From NCBI GenBank assembly GCA_963706445.1, contig OY970160.1, forward strand, positions 1,056,001-1,120,000: DNA of 64,000 nt, in the 5' to 3' direction. The notes beneath the pieces are model-generated. The model made no database searches and was not told the origin of the DNA. It saw nothing but the letters and a program-made list of their open reading frames with translations. How positions within the stretch are numbered: the stretch's first letter is position 1; every line of letters starts with the position of its first letter. The position numbers were made by a program, and so were the translations under genes. The stretch comes from an uncultured Nitrososphaerales archaeon. Its GTDB lineage: Archaea; Thermoproteota; Nitrososphaeria; Nitrososphaerales; Gagatemarchaeaceae. Below are positions 19,077 through 29,964 of this stretch, piece after piece.

Positions 19077-21089
19077 ATGCCGGAAAGGACGCCGAACGAG
19101 CTGATCAAGGAGAAGAGCCCCTATCTCCTCAAACATGCCTACAACCCCGTCCAATGGTACAGTTGGGGGAGGGAGCCCCTGGAGAAAGCAAAGAACGACA
19201 ACAAGCCTATCTTCCTGAGCATCGGTTACTCCACATGCCATTGGTGCACGGTGATGGAAAGGGAGTCCTTCGAAGATGAAAAGACTGCGACGTTCATCAA
19301 CAAAAACTTCATCCCGATAAAGGTCGACCGAGAAGAGCGCCCAGAGATAGACGCGTACTACATGAGCGCCGTCCAGGCAATGACGGGAGGCGGAGGGTGG
19401 CCGCTGAGTGTCTTCCTCACCCCGGACCTCAAGGCGTTCTATGGCGGGACGTACTTCCCGCCTGAGCCCAGATATGGGATGCCGAGCTTCATGCAAGTCC
19501 TCGAGTTCGTTTCAAACCTCTGGAAGGACAAGAGGGAGGAGGTCATGGCCAACACCCGGCAGGTCCTGGAGGCCATCGCACCTCCCTCAGGGGATGCGAA
19601 AGCAGAGATAGGCAAGCCCTTGCTGGAAGAGGCCTATTCGACCCTGGTCTCAAACTTCGACTCGGCTCACGGCGGGTTTGGTGGAGCGCCGAAGTTCCCG
19701 CTGCCCGGGACGCTCTCGTTCTTGCTCCGATACCACTTCAGATCCAAGAGCGAGCTAGCCCTCAAAGCGGTGACCAAGACGCTCGACGAGATGATGGCCG
19801 GAGGGATCCGCGACCATGTCGGGGGAGGCTTCCACCGCTATTCTACGGACAGGGTCTGGCTCGTCCCCCATTTCGAGAAGATGCTGTATGACAACGCCCA
19901 GTTAGCGAAGGTGTACGCCGAGGCGTATCAGGTTACTCGAAAAGAGCACTACGCCTCTGTCGCAAGAGAAACGCTGGATTGGATTATTCGAGAGATGCAG
20001 GACAGGACGGGAGGTATCTATTCCGCCCAAGACGCGGACACGACCGAAGGGGAAGGGACCTACTACACCTGGACCCCCGACGAGGTCATGGCAGCGGCTG
20101 GAGCCGAGGGAGAGATTGTCAACAGTCACTTCGGTGTGACTAGGACAGGCAATTTCGAAGGGAGGACGATTCTACACCTCGAGGCCGGGAGAGATAATCG
20201 CGACTTGGTCGACATGACCAGGGCCAAGGAAGCGATGTACAAGGCCAGGCTGAGGCGCCCGAGGCCAAAGACCGACGAAAAGATCCTGACGTCCTGGAAC
20301 GGTCTGGCCGTCTCTGGGCTGTCTTTTTGCGGTGTCGTGTTTGGGGAAGGTGCCTACGTGAAGGCGGCAGAGAAGGCCGCAGGGTTCATACTTGAGAAGA
20401 ACTCGAGGGACGGGAAGCTACTGAGGAGATACGCTGGAGGCGAGGCGGCACTGGACGGGACGCTTGAGGACTACGCGTTCTTCGTACAGGGACTCCTTGA
20501 CCTGTTTGAGGCGACCTCGGAGCCTCGGTGGCTCGAAGAGGCAATCAGGCTCGGGCGGGTGATGGTGGACAACTATGAGGACAAGGAGGGGGGAGGGTTC
20601 TACCTGACCCTGACGGCGGAGCCTGCCAGGCTGAAGGAGACATACGACGGGCCGACACCGTCGGGCAACTCAGTCGCCGTCGTCGACCTTCTGAGACTCG
20701 CAGAATTAACCGGGGAAGAAACATTCCGCAAGGAGGCTGAAAGGGCGATCGAGACGTTCGGAAGGGAGCTCGAGCTGCAGCCCACCGGACATACTGTCAT
20801 GCTCGCAGGGGCCGACCTGCTCTTGAACGGGACCAGGGAGGTAGTCATCAGCGCTCCTTCATCGGAAGCAGGAGAGGGCATGAAGTCCGAAGCGTTCCGG
20901 ACGTACATCCCGGACAAGGTCGTCCTCACGGCGACAACTGAGACGTTCGACAGGCTGTCCAGGATTTCCTCGCTGCCTGAGGGGAGGAAGCCGACGCGGA
21001 AGGCAAGGGCCTTCGTGTGCAAGAACTTCGCATGCTTGCTCCCAGCCGACTCCGTGGAAGCGCTCCGGAGCCAGTTAGCCTCGGGATAG
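19077..21089 (+). CDS. thioredoxin-domain protein, YyaL/SSP411 family
   Basis: [39 protein letters not shown] and [12 protein letters not shown] motifs. Confidence 0.92.
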   Translation: MPERTPNELIKEKSPYLLKHAYNPVQWYSWGREPLEKAKNDNKPIFLSIGYSTCHWCTVMERESFEDEKTATFINKNFIPIKVDREERPEIDAYYMSAVQAMTGGGGWPLSVFLTPDLKAFYGGTYFPPEPRYGMPSFMQVLEFVSNLWKDKREEVMANTRQVLEAIAPPSGDAKAEIGKPLLEEAYSTLVSNFDSAHGGFGGAPKFPLPGTLSFLLRYHFRSKSELALKAVTKTLDEMMAGGIRDHVGGGFHRYSTDRVWLVPHFEKMLYDNAQLAKVYAEAYQVTRKEHYASVARETLDWIIREMQDRTGGIYSAQDADTTEGEGTYYTWTPDEVMAAAGAEGEIVNSHFGVTRTGNFEGRTILHLEAGRDNRDLVDMTRAKEAMYKARLRRPRPKTDEKILTSWNGLAVSGLSFCGVVFGEGAYVKAAEKAAGFILEKNSRDGKLLRRYAGGEAALDGTLEDYAFFVQGLLDLFEATSEPRWLEEAIRLGRVMVDNYEDKEGGGFYLTLTAEPARLKETYDGPTPSGNSVAVVDLLRLAELTGEETFRKEAERAIETFGRELELQPTGHTVMLAGADLLLNGTREVVISAPSSEAGEGMKSEAFRTYIPDKVVLTATTETFDRLSRISSLPEGRKPTRKARAFVCKNFACLLPADSVEALRSQLASG

Positions 21090-21137
21090 GGCTATTGTTT
21101 TAACGCCCCGCCGGCGGACGGCCCAGCGACGGTCAAC

Positions 21138-21428
21138 ATGTGGGAGATCCGCGGGCTCTTCGGAAACGAATACGCCATGGAACAGGCGATTGAGGAACTG
21201 AAGAAGCACAAGGGGTTCGAATGGGAGGTCCTGGACAGGAGGAATCTGTCGGTCAGGTTCGCCAAGCGTGACGCCGGCACGGAAGAGGTCGTCAAGCGGA
21301 CCTTAGAGATGTACCATGGGTTCGCCGAGCACGAGGGCCCCATGGGCGAGTACGACCGCCAGAAAGCCGAGATGAAGGCGAAGAAGCTGAAGAAGGACGA
21401 AGAGAAAAGGAAACGCGAGAGAAAGTAG
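21138..21428 (+). CDS. hypothetical protein with basic C-terminal tail
   Basis: 96-aa ORF filling the gap, with host-like codon use; TTTTAA lies about 35-40 nt upstream. Confidence 0.65.
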   Translation: MWEIRGLFGNEYAMEQAIEELKKHKGFEWEVLDRRNLSVRFAKRDAGTEEVVKRTLEMYHGFAEHEGPMGEYDRQKAEMKAKKLKKDEEKRKRERK

Positions 21429-21443
21429 GATTCAGAAGCTGCC

Positions 21444-21911
21444 TCAGCCGTAGGCCGAGTAGATGGCAGGATATTCCGAGATTAGAGCAAGGTTGAGTTC
21501 GAGCACATTGACATAGGCGTCCCCGGTGAAAATCAGGGTCCGCTCAATGTGCGACATGACCAAGGCGGTCAGTGAGCTCGCAGGGATTCCGGTGGCGGCC
21601 GCTATCCGGGGGATCTGGGACGTAGCGTTCTCCAAGGGGATGTCGGGGTCGACCCCCGACGCGGAAGCGGTCAAGGGGTTGCTTTCGTTCCTCGCATGGA
21701 AGAATATCGGAAGGGTGAAACCGTTGTCGATTAGCTGTGAGCCGACTGTCCGGTTTCCAAGTTGGACGAGGCTTCCGTTCGCCTGAGAGGGAAAGACCGC
21801 CTGTCCAATCCCTGTTATGACGAGGGGGAACGCGAACCCGCAGATCAGGAGTGAGATAATCGCCATTGCAGCGATTGGCCTCAGGATCCCTACGCCAGTT
21901 TGCTTGTTCAT
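21444..21911 (-). CDS. kdpC: K+-transporting ATPase subunit C
   Basis: FPSQANGSL, SASGVDPDI and VNVLELNLAL motifs. Confidence 0.92.
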   Translation of the reverse strand: MNKQTGVGILRPIAAMAIISLLICGFAFPLVITGIGQAVFPSQANGSLVQLGNRTVGSQLIDNGFTLPIFFHARNESNPLTASASGVDPDIPLENATSQIPRIAAATGIPASSLTALVMSHIERTLIFTGDAYVNVLELNLALISEYPAIYSAYG

Positions 21912-21922
21912 GCCATGACCAC

Positions 21923-24079
21923 CTAGAGGGCTCCTATCAGGAGGTCGATTAGTTTGATGCCTACGAACGGCACGATGACCCCTCCGACACCATAGACGAG
22001 GACATTCTTGAGGAAAAGCGTCATCGTGTCCGTCGGCTTGAAGGCGACCCCCTTCATAGCCAAGGGGATAAGCAGTGGGATGATGATTGCGTTGAAGATC
22101 AGGGCTGAAAGCACAGCGGTCTGAAGCCCTAGCCCTAGGATGTTCAGGGACTGGAGAGAGGGTATCGTGGCGGCGAACATGACGGGGAGGATGGCGAAGT
22201 ACTTCGCCACGTCGTTCGATATGCTGAACGCGGTGACCGCCCCTCTGGTCATCAGGAGCTGCTTCCCCAGAAGAACGACGTCGATTATCTTCGACGGGTT
22301 GGATTCGAGGTCGACCATGTTCGCTGCCTCCTTGGCGGCCTCTGTGCCTGAGTTCATGGCCAGCCCTACGTCCGCCACGGCGAGGGCCGGGGCGTCGTTG
22401 GTCCCGTCGCCTATCATGGAGACTATGCGGGACTGCGCCTGCTCCTTCTGGACGATGGTGTACTTGTCTTCGGGCTTGGCCTGCGGGACATATTCATCGA
22501 TGCCCACTTCGCTCGCTATGCTCTTTGCGGTGAGCGGCTGGTCCCCCGTTATCATGACAGGACGGATCCCCATGGCTTTCACTGCCTGGATCTTCTCCTT
22601 GATCCCCGTCTTGAGGACGTCCTTCAACCTGATGACTCCGATGACCCTGTGGTCCTGTGACACCGCCAGCGGTGTGTCTCCCTGAGATGAAATCTCCTCC
22701 ACGGTCTGGACGAAGGCGGCTGGAACATAGAACCCGGCCTTGGTCATCGAGTCAGGGGCGCCTTTGATTATCTCCGTCTCCTCCTCAGAGAGGTGCATCC
22801 CGTGCTCGGATTCCTCCACGAAGAACTTCCTGCGGATCCTACCCCCTTGCCCCTTCGGGAGGGCGAAAGTGGAACCGTGGACGAGTTTCACCCCGCTCGT
22901 ACGCGTGTTGGCAGAGAACTCGTACACCTCCGAGAGCGTCAACGCATTGAGCTCCCTTGGGACGTACCCTTTCTCGTAGGCAAGCCTGATCAAGCTCCTC
23001 CCCTCGGGGGTGTCGTCGTACCAGGATGAGAGGAAGGCTGCTTCCCCCACCTCCCGTGCGGTGTGCCCGTCGAAGGGGATCAGCTCCACCGCCTGCCTGT
23101 TCCCCACGGTTATCGTTCCCGTCTTGTCTAGCAGGATGACGTCCGTGTCTCCCGCAGTCTCGATTGCCTTCCCTGATTTTGCCACGACCTTCCTCTCGTA
23201 GAGGCGGGTGATGCCCGAAAGCCCGATGGCCGGAAGGAGGGCGCCGATGGTCGTGGGGAGGAGGCAGACGTAGAGCGCGATGAGAACTGAAAGGTCCGCC
23301 CCAAGTCCGAGGGTGACCGACAGCCCGAGCATCGTAAGGATGAGTATGGTGAAGATGGCGGAAAGGCCGAATAGGACCATGGTGATGGCAACCTCGTTGG
23401 GGGTCTTCGGGCGCTTAGAGGCTTCGACCATCCTGACCATCTGGTCGAGGTAGCTTTCGCCTGGATTCACCACAACCCTTGCGGTTAACGTGTCGCTTAC
23501 GACCTTCGAGCCGCCGATCAGGCTGTCGCCCGGCGCCTTGCGGACCGGCGCAGACTCGCCTGTAACTAAGGACTCGTCCACCATTGCGATACCCTCTAGG
23601 ACCTCGGCGTCCATGGGAACCACGTCGTTCCTGTCCAGAAGGATCAGGTCCCCCTTTGCCAGGCCAGTCGACGTTGTGGGTATGACCCGCCTCTCCCACC
23701 CCTCGGTCACAATCTTCTTCGAGGGCACTTCGGTCTCGAGCTGCTTGAGACTGTTCGCTGTGTTCTTCGCCTGCTGCTCGGCGAGGGAGTCTGAAAGTGT
23801 GCTGAACCAGACGGTAATCAGGAGGATGGCCGCCACCTCGACATAGAATACGCGCTCGGACGGGCTCGCGACCCCCGCGAAGACCCAGGGGTCGATGGCC
23901 ATGGCGGCCACTATGAAGAAGGTAATCTCCACGATGAGCATCACCGGATTTGCAAAGAGAGATACCGGGCTGAGCCTGACAAGGGAGTCGACCAGCGTTT
24001 TGCGCGTAAGGAGAGAGGGGCGCCTGGGGAGCCTGACCCTTTCCAATACGTTGCCCAACGCATGAGCTTGGCTAGCCAA
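21923..24079 (-). CDS. kdpB: K+-transporting ATPase subunit B (P-type)
   Basis: TGESAPV, LLPTTIG, DKTGTIT and GDGTNDAPAL motifs. Confidence 0.96.
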   Translation of the reverse strand: MASQAHALGNVLERVRLPRRPSLLTRKTLVDSLVRLSPVSLFANPVMLIVEITFFIVAAMAIDPWVFAGVASPSERVFYVEVAAILLITVWFSTLSDSLAEQQAKNTANSLKQLETEVPSKKIVTEGWERRVIPTTSTGLAKGDLILLDRNDVVPMDAEVLEGIAMVDESLVTGESAPVRKAPGDSLIGGSKVVSDTLTARVVVNPGESYLDQMVRMVEASKRPKTPNEVAITMVLFGLSAIFTILILTMLGLSVTLGLGADLSVLIALYVCLLPTTIGALLPAIGLSGITRLYERKVVAKSGKAIETAGDTDVILLDKTGTITVGNRQAVELIPFDGHTAREVGEAAFLSSWYDDTPEGRSLIRLAYEKGYVPRELNALTLSEVYEFSANTRTSGVKLVHGSTFALPKGQGGRIRRKFFVEESEHGMHLSEEETEIIKGAPDSMTKAGFYVPAAFVQTVEEISSQGDTPLAVSQDHRVIGVIRLKDVLKTGIKEKIQAVKAMGIRPVMITGDQPLTAKSIASEVGIDEYVPQAKPEDKYTIVQKEQAQSRIVSMIGDGTNDAPALAVADVGLAMNSGTEAAKEAANMVDLESNPSKIIDVVLLGKQLLMTRGAVTAFSISNDVAKYFAILPVMFAATIPSLQSLNILGLGLQTAVLSALIFNAIIIPLLIPLAMKGVAFKPTDTMTLFLKNVLVYGVGGVIVPFVGIKLIDLLIGAL

Positions 24080-25739
24080 GGAAGTTCACCATGCCCTGAA
24101 AGAGGGCGAGCAGAGGCCCGAGGATGAGGAACGGGAAGAAGGTGAGCACCACAAGCAGCAGGATGCTCCCGATGAGCACGGCCGAGAAAACGAAACTGTC
24201 CGTCTTCAGACTGACGGCTGTTGTCTGTTTCCTGCCTATCATCGAGCCCGAAAGCGCGAGCAAGACGAAAATGGGAGCATAGCGCCCGACGAATATTACC
24301 ACGGCTGTTGCCACGTTGAAGAATGGAGTGTTTGCTGACGCGCCGAGGAAGTCAGACCCGTTGTTGGCGGCAGAGGTGGTGAACTCGTACAGGATCTGCG
24401 TGAACCCGACAGAGGTCGGAAGTGAGCTGAACCCAGGGATCGCATCAACGGCCTTGGTTGCGTAGGCCAAGACGGTGGGGACGAGTATGATGATCGGGTG
24501 AATGAGGAAAGCAACCATGACAAGTTTAATGTCCCGTGCGTTGATCTTCATCCCAAGATATTCAGGAGTTCTGCCGGTCATCAGGCCGACAACGAATACA
24601 GTAATGATGATGTACATGATCATGTACATCACCCCAACCCCCTTTCCGCCGGGAGTGGCCTGGATTAGCATCCCCATGAAAGCCGACAGGATGGTCAAGG
24701 GGTGGTTTCCTGCGAGGGACGAGTTGACAGAGCCGGTGGTTACGGCAGTGGTGACCACGGTCCAGAAAGACGAGAAGAAGCCTCCGAACCTGGTCTCAAG
24801 GCCGGGACCGATTGTGGGCAGGTTGGGCGTTAGCCCGATGATCAAATCGATGGCAAAGAGCCCATAGGTCCCTATCAGGATCGGTCTGGCCTCCCTCTTC
24901 TTTCCTATTAGCTCCCCGAAGACGAAGATAAGTGCAGTGGGGATGAGTAGCATCAGGTAGATCTCGATTATGTCCGTGGCGGGGTTCGGGTTCATGAAGG
25001 GATAGGCAGAGTTGGCCCCGTAGTACCCTCCTCCGTTGGTCCCAAGCTGCATGATTGAAACGAGGGAGGCGACGGGCCCTACCAGTATCTGCTGGCTGGC
25101 CCCTTCGACGGTCTGCACTGTGACGTAGCCCCCTATGGTCTGAGGGACTCCAAGGGCGACCAAGACGACCGCAGCTACAAGGCATAGAGGGATCATGATC
25201 CTGGTTAACGTGCGGACAAAGTCGACGTAGAAGTTCCCCATGTTGGTCGAGCCAGCCCGCATCCCCCTCACCATGGCCGCCATGACGCAGACGCCTGTCG
25301 CAGCTGACGTGAACTGGAGGAACTGGATAGCGCCGAGCTGGGAGAAATAGGAAAGGGTCGACTCGCCGCTGTAGTGTTGAAGGTTAGTGTTCGTCGCGAA
25401 TGATACGACTGTGTTGAAGGCGAGGTCCCAGCTGAGCCCGGGGAACCCCTGCGGGTTGAGCGGGAGGCTCCCCTGAGCCATCAGGATGATGAACGCGATG
25501 ACCATCTGGGCGATGTTTAGGGAGAGCGCTGCGAAAAAGTACTGCTTCCACCCCATCCCCACCGTGGGGTCTGTCCCCGCGAGACGGTACAGCCTCTTCT
25601 CTAGTGGTTCGAGATATCCGTCGAGGAAGGTAGGAGCTCCGGTGAGGACGCGGACGATGTAGGGCGCTAGCAGACTACCTGAAACGAGGGCGGCGCCGAC
25701 AATCGCGACGACCGCGACTGCCTGGGTGGCATCTATCAT
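24072..25739 (-). CDS. kdpA: K+-transporting ATPase subunit A
   Basis: SFATNTNLQHYSGE, LGTNGGG, GRTPEYLG and SAANNGS motifs. Confidence 0.96.
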   Translation of the reverse strand: MIDATQAVAVVAIVGAALVSGSLLAPYIVRVLTGAPTFLDGYLEPLEKRLYRLAGTDPTVGMGWKQYFFAALSLNIAQMVIAFIILMAQGSLPLNPQGFPGLSWDLAFNTVVSFATNTNLQHYSGESTLSYFSQLGAIQFLQFTSAATGVCVMAAMVRGMRAGSTNMGNFYVDFVRTLTRIMIPLCLVAAVVLVALGVPQTIGGYVTVQTVEGASQQILVGPVASLVSIMQLGTNGGGYYGANSAYPFMNPNPATDIIEIYLMLLIPTALIFVFGELIGKKREARPILIGTYGLFAIDLIIGLTPNLPTIGPGLETRFGGFFSSFWTVVTTAVTTGSVNSSLAGNHPLTILSAFMGMLIQATPGGKGVGVMYMIMYIIITVFVVGLMTGRTPEYLGMKINARDIKLVMVAFLIHPIIILVPTVLAYATKAVDAIPGFSSLPTSVGFTQILYEFTTSAANNGSDFLGASANTPFFNVATAVVIFVGRYAPIFVLLALSGSMIGRKQTTAVSLKTDSFVFSAVLIGSILLLVVLTFFPFLILGPLLALFQGMVNFLG

Positions 25740-25797
25740 CTATTCCAAGTTCCATTGTGGCTCCAGTACCTCTGAAGTTTGCGTTCCGCCGTCAGGC

Positions 25798-26067
25798 CTA
25801 GCGCGCCTTCGAATCCCCGTTGAAACGAGGCCCTTTGTGGGTGTGCAGGACTATGGCGCTGACGGTGCTCTTGACCCCCCGTATCTTCAGGATCTTGTTC
25901 TTCAGGATGTCCCTGAACTCCTCGATGTCGGAAGCGGACACAAGCGTCACTATGTCGAACTCGCCCGTGACCTCGTACAGTTCTTCTATGTTTGGGATCT
26001 TATTGAGGGCCAGTACCACGTCGTCCATGGCTGGCGAATCGACGAAAATGTCGACGAAAGCAAGCAT
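25798..26067 (-). CDS. stand-alone Lrp/AsnC ligand-binding (RAM) domain protein
   Basis: LYEVTGEFDIV...ILKIRGVKSTVS pattern; no HTH; ATG at 26067 preferred as start. Confidence 0.85.
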   Translation of the reverse strand: MLAFVDIFVDSPAMDDVVLALNKIPNIEELYEVTGEFDIVTLVSASDIEEFRDILKNKILKIRGVKSTVSAIVLHTHKGPRFNGDSKAR

Positions 26068-26201
26068 GCGAGACAAGCTGATTCACGGTCCGATTTTTGT
26101 GCGCCCTCTCATGACGATATATACGTTGCTAATGATTATGCGACGTTTCATGCCTTTTGCCTTGCCACGGATAAATAACGACTGTTTCCTGCGACTCTCA
26201 A

Positions 26202-26831
26202 TTGTACCAGCTGTTGTGGGTCTCCGTCTTCGTTTTCGTGGTATCCTTCCTATCTAACGTCTCTCCCTTTGTCGGCGCGTCGTATACTATCCTGGCGGCG
26301 ATCCAGCTGACCCTCCTCGGGCCTACCCCGCTGAACTTCGGGGTCATCGTCCTTGCGTCTGCGGTGGGCGCTACCGTAGCCAAGGTGGTGATCTACTACG
26401 GGGCCTTGGGGTTCAAGGAACAGCTCGCTAGGAACAAGAATGTCAGACTGATTGGAAAATACTCCACCCACCAGAGTTTCTACGTCGTACTGTTTGTCGC
26501 CTCTCTCCTCCCTGTATTTCCATTCGACGACTTCATCTACATCGGGGCGGGGGCCACGTCGGCTTCCCTTAGTCTGATGTCTCTGGTGACTTTGGGTTCG
26601 AAACTCATGAAGAGCACCGTGGAGATCGCCCTCGAGGTCACGATTCTGAGGGCACTTTCACGCATACTTGATCTGCACAGGCTCGATCTCAGCCTTCTGC
26701 TTACGGCCGTCTTCGTCGTGATTGGGATAGTCGTGTACAAGGTTGACTGGGAGGCTGCTTACCACAGGGTTAGGGGAACCCGCAGCCAACCACAGCCATT
26801 CTCCACTTCCGTGGTAGCATCCAAACCATAA
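26202..26831 (+). CDS. DedA/VTT (SNARE-associated-like) membrane protein
   Basis: Hydrophobic; SNVSPF, GATVAKVVIY and LLPVFPFDD pattern. Confidence 0.7.
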   Translation: MYQLLWVSVFVFVVSFLSNVSPFVGASYTILAAIQLTLLGPTPLNFGVIVLASAVGATVAKVVIYYGALGFKEQLARNKNVRLIGKYSTHQSFYVVLFVASLLPVFPFDDFIYIGAGATSASLSLMSLVTLGSKLMKSTVEIALEVTILRALSRILDLHRLDLSLLLTAVFVVIGIVVYKVDWEAAYHRVRGTRSQPQPFSTSVVASKP

Positions 26832-26859
26832 TAGTTTCAGGTCCGGGCCGTCACTTGCT

Positions 26860-26944
26860 GCGGGGGTCGCCCAGCCTGGTCAACGGCGCGAGGCTTAGGA
26901 CCTCGTCCCTTAGGGGTTCGTGGGTTCGAATCCCACCCCCCGCA
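26860..26944 (+). tRNA. tRNA-Leu(TAG)
   Basis: GCGGGGG/CCCCCGC acceptor stem, anticodon arm CGAGG-CT-TAG-GA-CCTCG, long variable arm, GGTTCGAATCC T-arm; CCA not encoded. Confidence 0.96.
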
Positions 26945-27144
26945 CTACTGGTTAGGCGGGGACTCCGTTTCGGGCCCAACATGTAAGGCGGGAATCGACT
27001 TTGCAAAACGACCTTGGTTTAACACTAAAGCATGTTGAACTACCGCTTCGACGCCTGGGACCGCAGCACGCAAGCGGTCGTGAGAACAGATTCCATCATT
27101 ACCTGCGGTCAATAAATAGCTCACGATTATCCCGAAGGGTGAAC

Positions 27145-27900
27145 GTGTCCGAACAGGAAATCAGGAAGGCAGTCAAGGAAAGATACGCCAAGATGGCAGT
27201 CTCCACCGACTTGAGTTGCAACGAAGATTGTTGCTGCAGCGACTCTAACTTGATTACATTGGGCGTGCCTGTCCCAATCGAGGCTTCATCGGTCAACGCG
27301 GGATGTGGCTCTCCCCTACTCCTGATAAGCCCGAAAGAAGGCGATGTGGTCCTCGACCTCGGGAGCGGCGGCGGAATAGACATCTTCAGAGCTTCTCAGC
27401 TCGTCGGCGAGAAGGGGAAAGCAATAGGTGTGGATGCCACGCCCGAGATGATCTGGAGAGCAAGAGAGACGAAGTCGAAGTATGGAAACAAGTACGCGAA
27501 CACGGAGTTCAGACTTGGTGAGATCGAACACTTGCCAATGGAGTCGAATAGTGTGGACTACATTATATCGAACTGCGTGATCAATCTCTCCCCCGACAAG
27601 GTTGCCGTCTTCAGGGAGTCATACCGCGTGCTGAAAGAAGACGGAGTCTTCGCGGTCGCTGACGTCACCCTCCAAAAAGAGATCCCGGATGCAGCACGGC
27701 ACGACATGGACTCCTGGTCTGCCTGCATCGCAGGAGCCCTCACCGATCCAGAATACGAGAAGCTGCTTGATAGCGCCGGATTTCAAGACATAAGCATCGA
27801 GCATGTGTCGGACTCGAACATCGGGAAATATCCGTTCAGTTACTTCAGCTCGCACATCAAAGCAAGGAAGCACCCTGTCGATTCATTGAAGGCTCCATAA
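27145..27900 (+). CDS. arsM: arsenite S-adenosylmethionine methyltransferase
   Basis: GCGSP, VLDLGSGGGID, ISNCVINL and WSACIAGAL motifs; N-terminal Cys cluster; GTG start at 27145 follows AATAAATA. Confidence 0.92.
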   Translation: MSEQEIRKAVKERYAKMAVSTDLSCNEDCCCSDSNLITLGVPVPIEASSVNAGCGSPLLLISPKEGDVVLDLGSGGGIDIFRASQLVGEKGKAIGVDATPEMIWRARETKSKYGNKYANTEFRLGEIEHLPMESNSVDYIISNCVINLSPDKVAVFRESYRVLKEDGVFAVADVTLQKEIPDAARHDMDSWSACIAGALTDPEYEKLLDSAGFQDISIEHVSDSNIGKYPFSYFSSHIKARKHPVDSLKAP

Positions 27901-27920
27901 CTCGCTTTTCGATTTCCTCC

Positions 27921-29012
27921 CTAGTGTGCCTCACGTGTGAGATTGGCAGCATTGTCAATTTGAGGGAAGTATTTCTTCCTCAACCAGAGAGCGACGTTCA
28001 CGAGGCTGATCATCACAGGCACTTCCACGAGTGGGCCTATTACTGTCGCAAAGGCTTCTTGAGAGGCGAGACCGAAGACCGATATTGCGACAGCTATGGC
28101 CAGCTCGAAGTTGTTGCTCGCCGCTGTGAACGCCAGAGTCACCGTTCTCCCGTAGCCCATCTTCGAATACAGACCTAGTCCAAAGGACGTGAAGAACATG
28201 ATTACGAAATATACGAGCAGTGGGATCGCCACCCGGAGGACGTCCAAGGGGAGGCTGACGATGTATTGCCCCTTCAGCGAGAACATCAAGACTATTGTGA
28301 ACAGGAGCGCGACCAGGGAGGTCGGAGCCAACTTGGGTATCAGGACGCCTTCATACCAGGATTTCCCCTTCGTTCTCAGGAAGTAGAACCTCGTTGCCAT
28401 CCCCCCGAAGAAAGGAATACCGAGGTAGATTGCCACCGACTGGGCGACTTGGAGAAGTGAGATGTTGACGACTGTTTCCTGTCCCGAGATCCAGGAGCTG
28501 GCGAGTGTCACGTAGAAGTAGGCCAACACGCTGTAGAAGATGATCTGAAAGACCGAGTTGAGGGCAACGAGAATCGCCGCCCACTCGCTGTCCCCATCTG
28601 CAAGGTTGTTCCAGACTATCACCATGGCAATGCACCTTGCCAGCCCTATCACGATCAGCCCGTTCCTCAAGTCTGGATAGTTCGCCAGGAACACCCAGGC
28701 CAGAGCGAACATGAGGAGGGGCCCGACCAGCCAGTTCAGGACCAACGAGGCGGAAAGCATCGTCTTCGCACCTTTTGCGCTGACTATCTTCCCAAGGTCC
28801 TCGTAGCGGACGCGTGCCAGAGGAGGATACATCATCCAGATCAGGCCCAAGGCTATCGGAATCGAAGTGGTGCCAACGCTGAACGAGTTTATGAGACTGG
28901 AGAGGTTGGGATAGGCATAGCCAGCGACTACCCCAATAGCCATCGCAGAGAATATCCAGACGGTCAGGAATCTGTTAAGAAACGAGAGGCGGCCCTTCGG
29001 TCTTACAACCAA
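27921..29012 (-). CDS. acr3: Acr3-family arsenite efflux transporter
   Basis: [25 protein letters not shown] and GPLVEVP motifs. Confidence 0.95.
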   Translation of the reverse strand: MVVRPKGRLSFLNRFLTVWIFSAMAIGVVAGYAYPNLSSLINSFSVGTTSIPIALGLIWMMYPPLARVRYEDLGKIVSAKGAKTMLSASLVLNWLVGPLLMFALAWVFLANYPDLRNGLIVIGLARCIAMVIVWNNLADGDSEWAAILVALNSVFQIIFYSVLAYFYVTLASSWISGQETVVNISLLQVAQSVAIYLGIPFFGGMATRFYFLRTKGKSWYEGVLIPKLAPTSLVALLFTIVLMFSLKGQYIVSLPLDVLRVAIPLLVYFVIMFFTSFGLGLYSKMGYGRTVTLAFTAASNNFELAIAVAISVFGLASQEAFATVIGPLVEVPVMISLVNVALWLRKKYFPQIDNAANLTREAH

Positions 29013-29036
29013 GGCGATTGTCCTTCTTTAACAACA

Positions 29037-29471
29037 TCAAGGCAAAGAAGTCGACTGTTGGTTCTTCGCAAGCTCTTCGACCCTCCTCTCGATCTCATTC
29101 CTAATCTTCCTCACCTCGGGGAGCGGCTTTCCCTTCGGGTCGTCGAGTCCCCAGTCGATTACCTTCTTCTGCATCCTGTCGAGCATGGGCCTTGGGCAGA
29201 CCTTCTCGATGGAACAGCCCATGGTGATGACAAGGTCGGCTTGGTCGATCATCTCGACGGTGAGCATCTTCGGCTTCTTCATGGAGAAGACGAATGCCTT
29301 TTCAGACATGGCCTCCACCAAAGCCGGATTGACTGACTCGGCAGGCTGGGTCCCCGCGCTTGAGGCTTGGAGCCCTTTCCTCCTTGCGAATGCCTCGGCC
29401 ATCTGGCTCCGCCCTGCGTTCTCCACGCAGACGAACAATATGTTGCGACTAGGTTGAGACAAGCCAAACAC
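29037..29471 (-). CDS. arsC: arsenate reductase (LMW-PTPase family)
   Basis: CVENAGRSQMAE P-loop, MGC...CP and DWGLDDP motifs. Confidence 0.92.
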   Translation of the reverse strand: MFGLSQPSRNILFVCVENAGRSQMAEAFARRKGLQASSAGTQPAESVNPALVEAMSEKAFVFSMKKPKMLTVEMIDQADLVITMGCSIEKVCPRPMLDRMQKKVIDWGLDDPKGKPLPEVRKIRNEIERRVEELAKNQQSTSLP

Positions 29472-29846
29472 CTACGAAACCAGTCCCTTGACCAGGTCCA
29501 AGACTGGTGAATCGCGTACCTTGTAGAACACCCACCTTGCCTTCTTACTCCTCTCGAGCAAGTCTGCCTGTTCCAGGAGTCCAAGGTGGTGAGACACGGT
29601 CGGTTGGGGTAATTCAAGGGCAGACTCGAGTTCGCAGACGCACATCTCCCGTTTGGAGAGGAGCAACAGGATCTTGATTCTGTTGGAATCGCCGATTGTT
29701 CCGAGGAGCCTTTCGGTCCGTCTCAACTTTGCTGCGTATTCTGGAGTTGCTAGTTTCTCCGCCTCCCCTTCCGCTTGTCTAATGTCCGAGGGCTGGCAAA
29801 TCTTGAGCTCAATCAGGCGCTGAATTGAGGCGCTATGTTGTTTCAT
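29472..29846 (-). CDS. arsR: ArsR/SmtB metalloregulator
   Basis: EMCVCEL As-binding box and QPTVSHHL helix; ATG at 29846 preferred as start. Confidence 0.92.
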   Translation of the reverse strand: MKQHSASIQRLIELKICQPSDIRQAEGEAEKLATPEYAAKLRRTERLLGTIGDSNRIKILLLLSKREMCVCELESALELPQPTVSHHLGLLEQADLLERSKKARWVFYKVRDSPVLDLVKGLVS

Positions 29847-29859
29847 TTCATCTACAGGG

Positions 29860-29883
29860 ATACATTGACATATATTAATGCAT
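29860..29883. promoter_or_regulatory. putative ArsR operator (imperfect palindrome)
   Basis: ATACATTGACATATATTAATGCAT is an imperfect 24-bp inverted repeat just upstream of the arsR start. Confidence 0.55.
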
Positions 29884-29964
29884 TCTAGGCTGTTCTCAGG
29901 TTTGAAAATCGTCTTCTTGTCATAAATAATCCAACTAGACAGCAGCATTCCAAGGCGTAAGACA

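Noticed and set aside
25740-25797. Possible kdpF peptide upstream of kdpA
   Set aside because: The gap is too short, and the available ATG frame gives a non-hydrophobic peptide overlapping kdpA.
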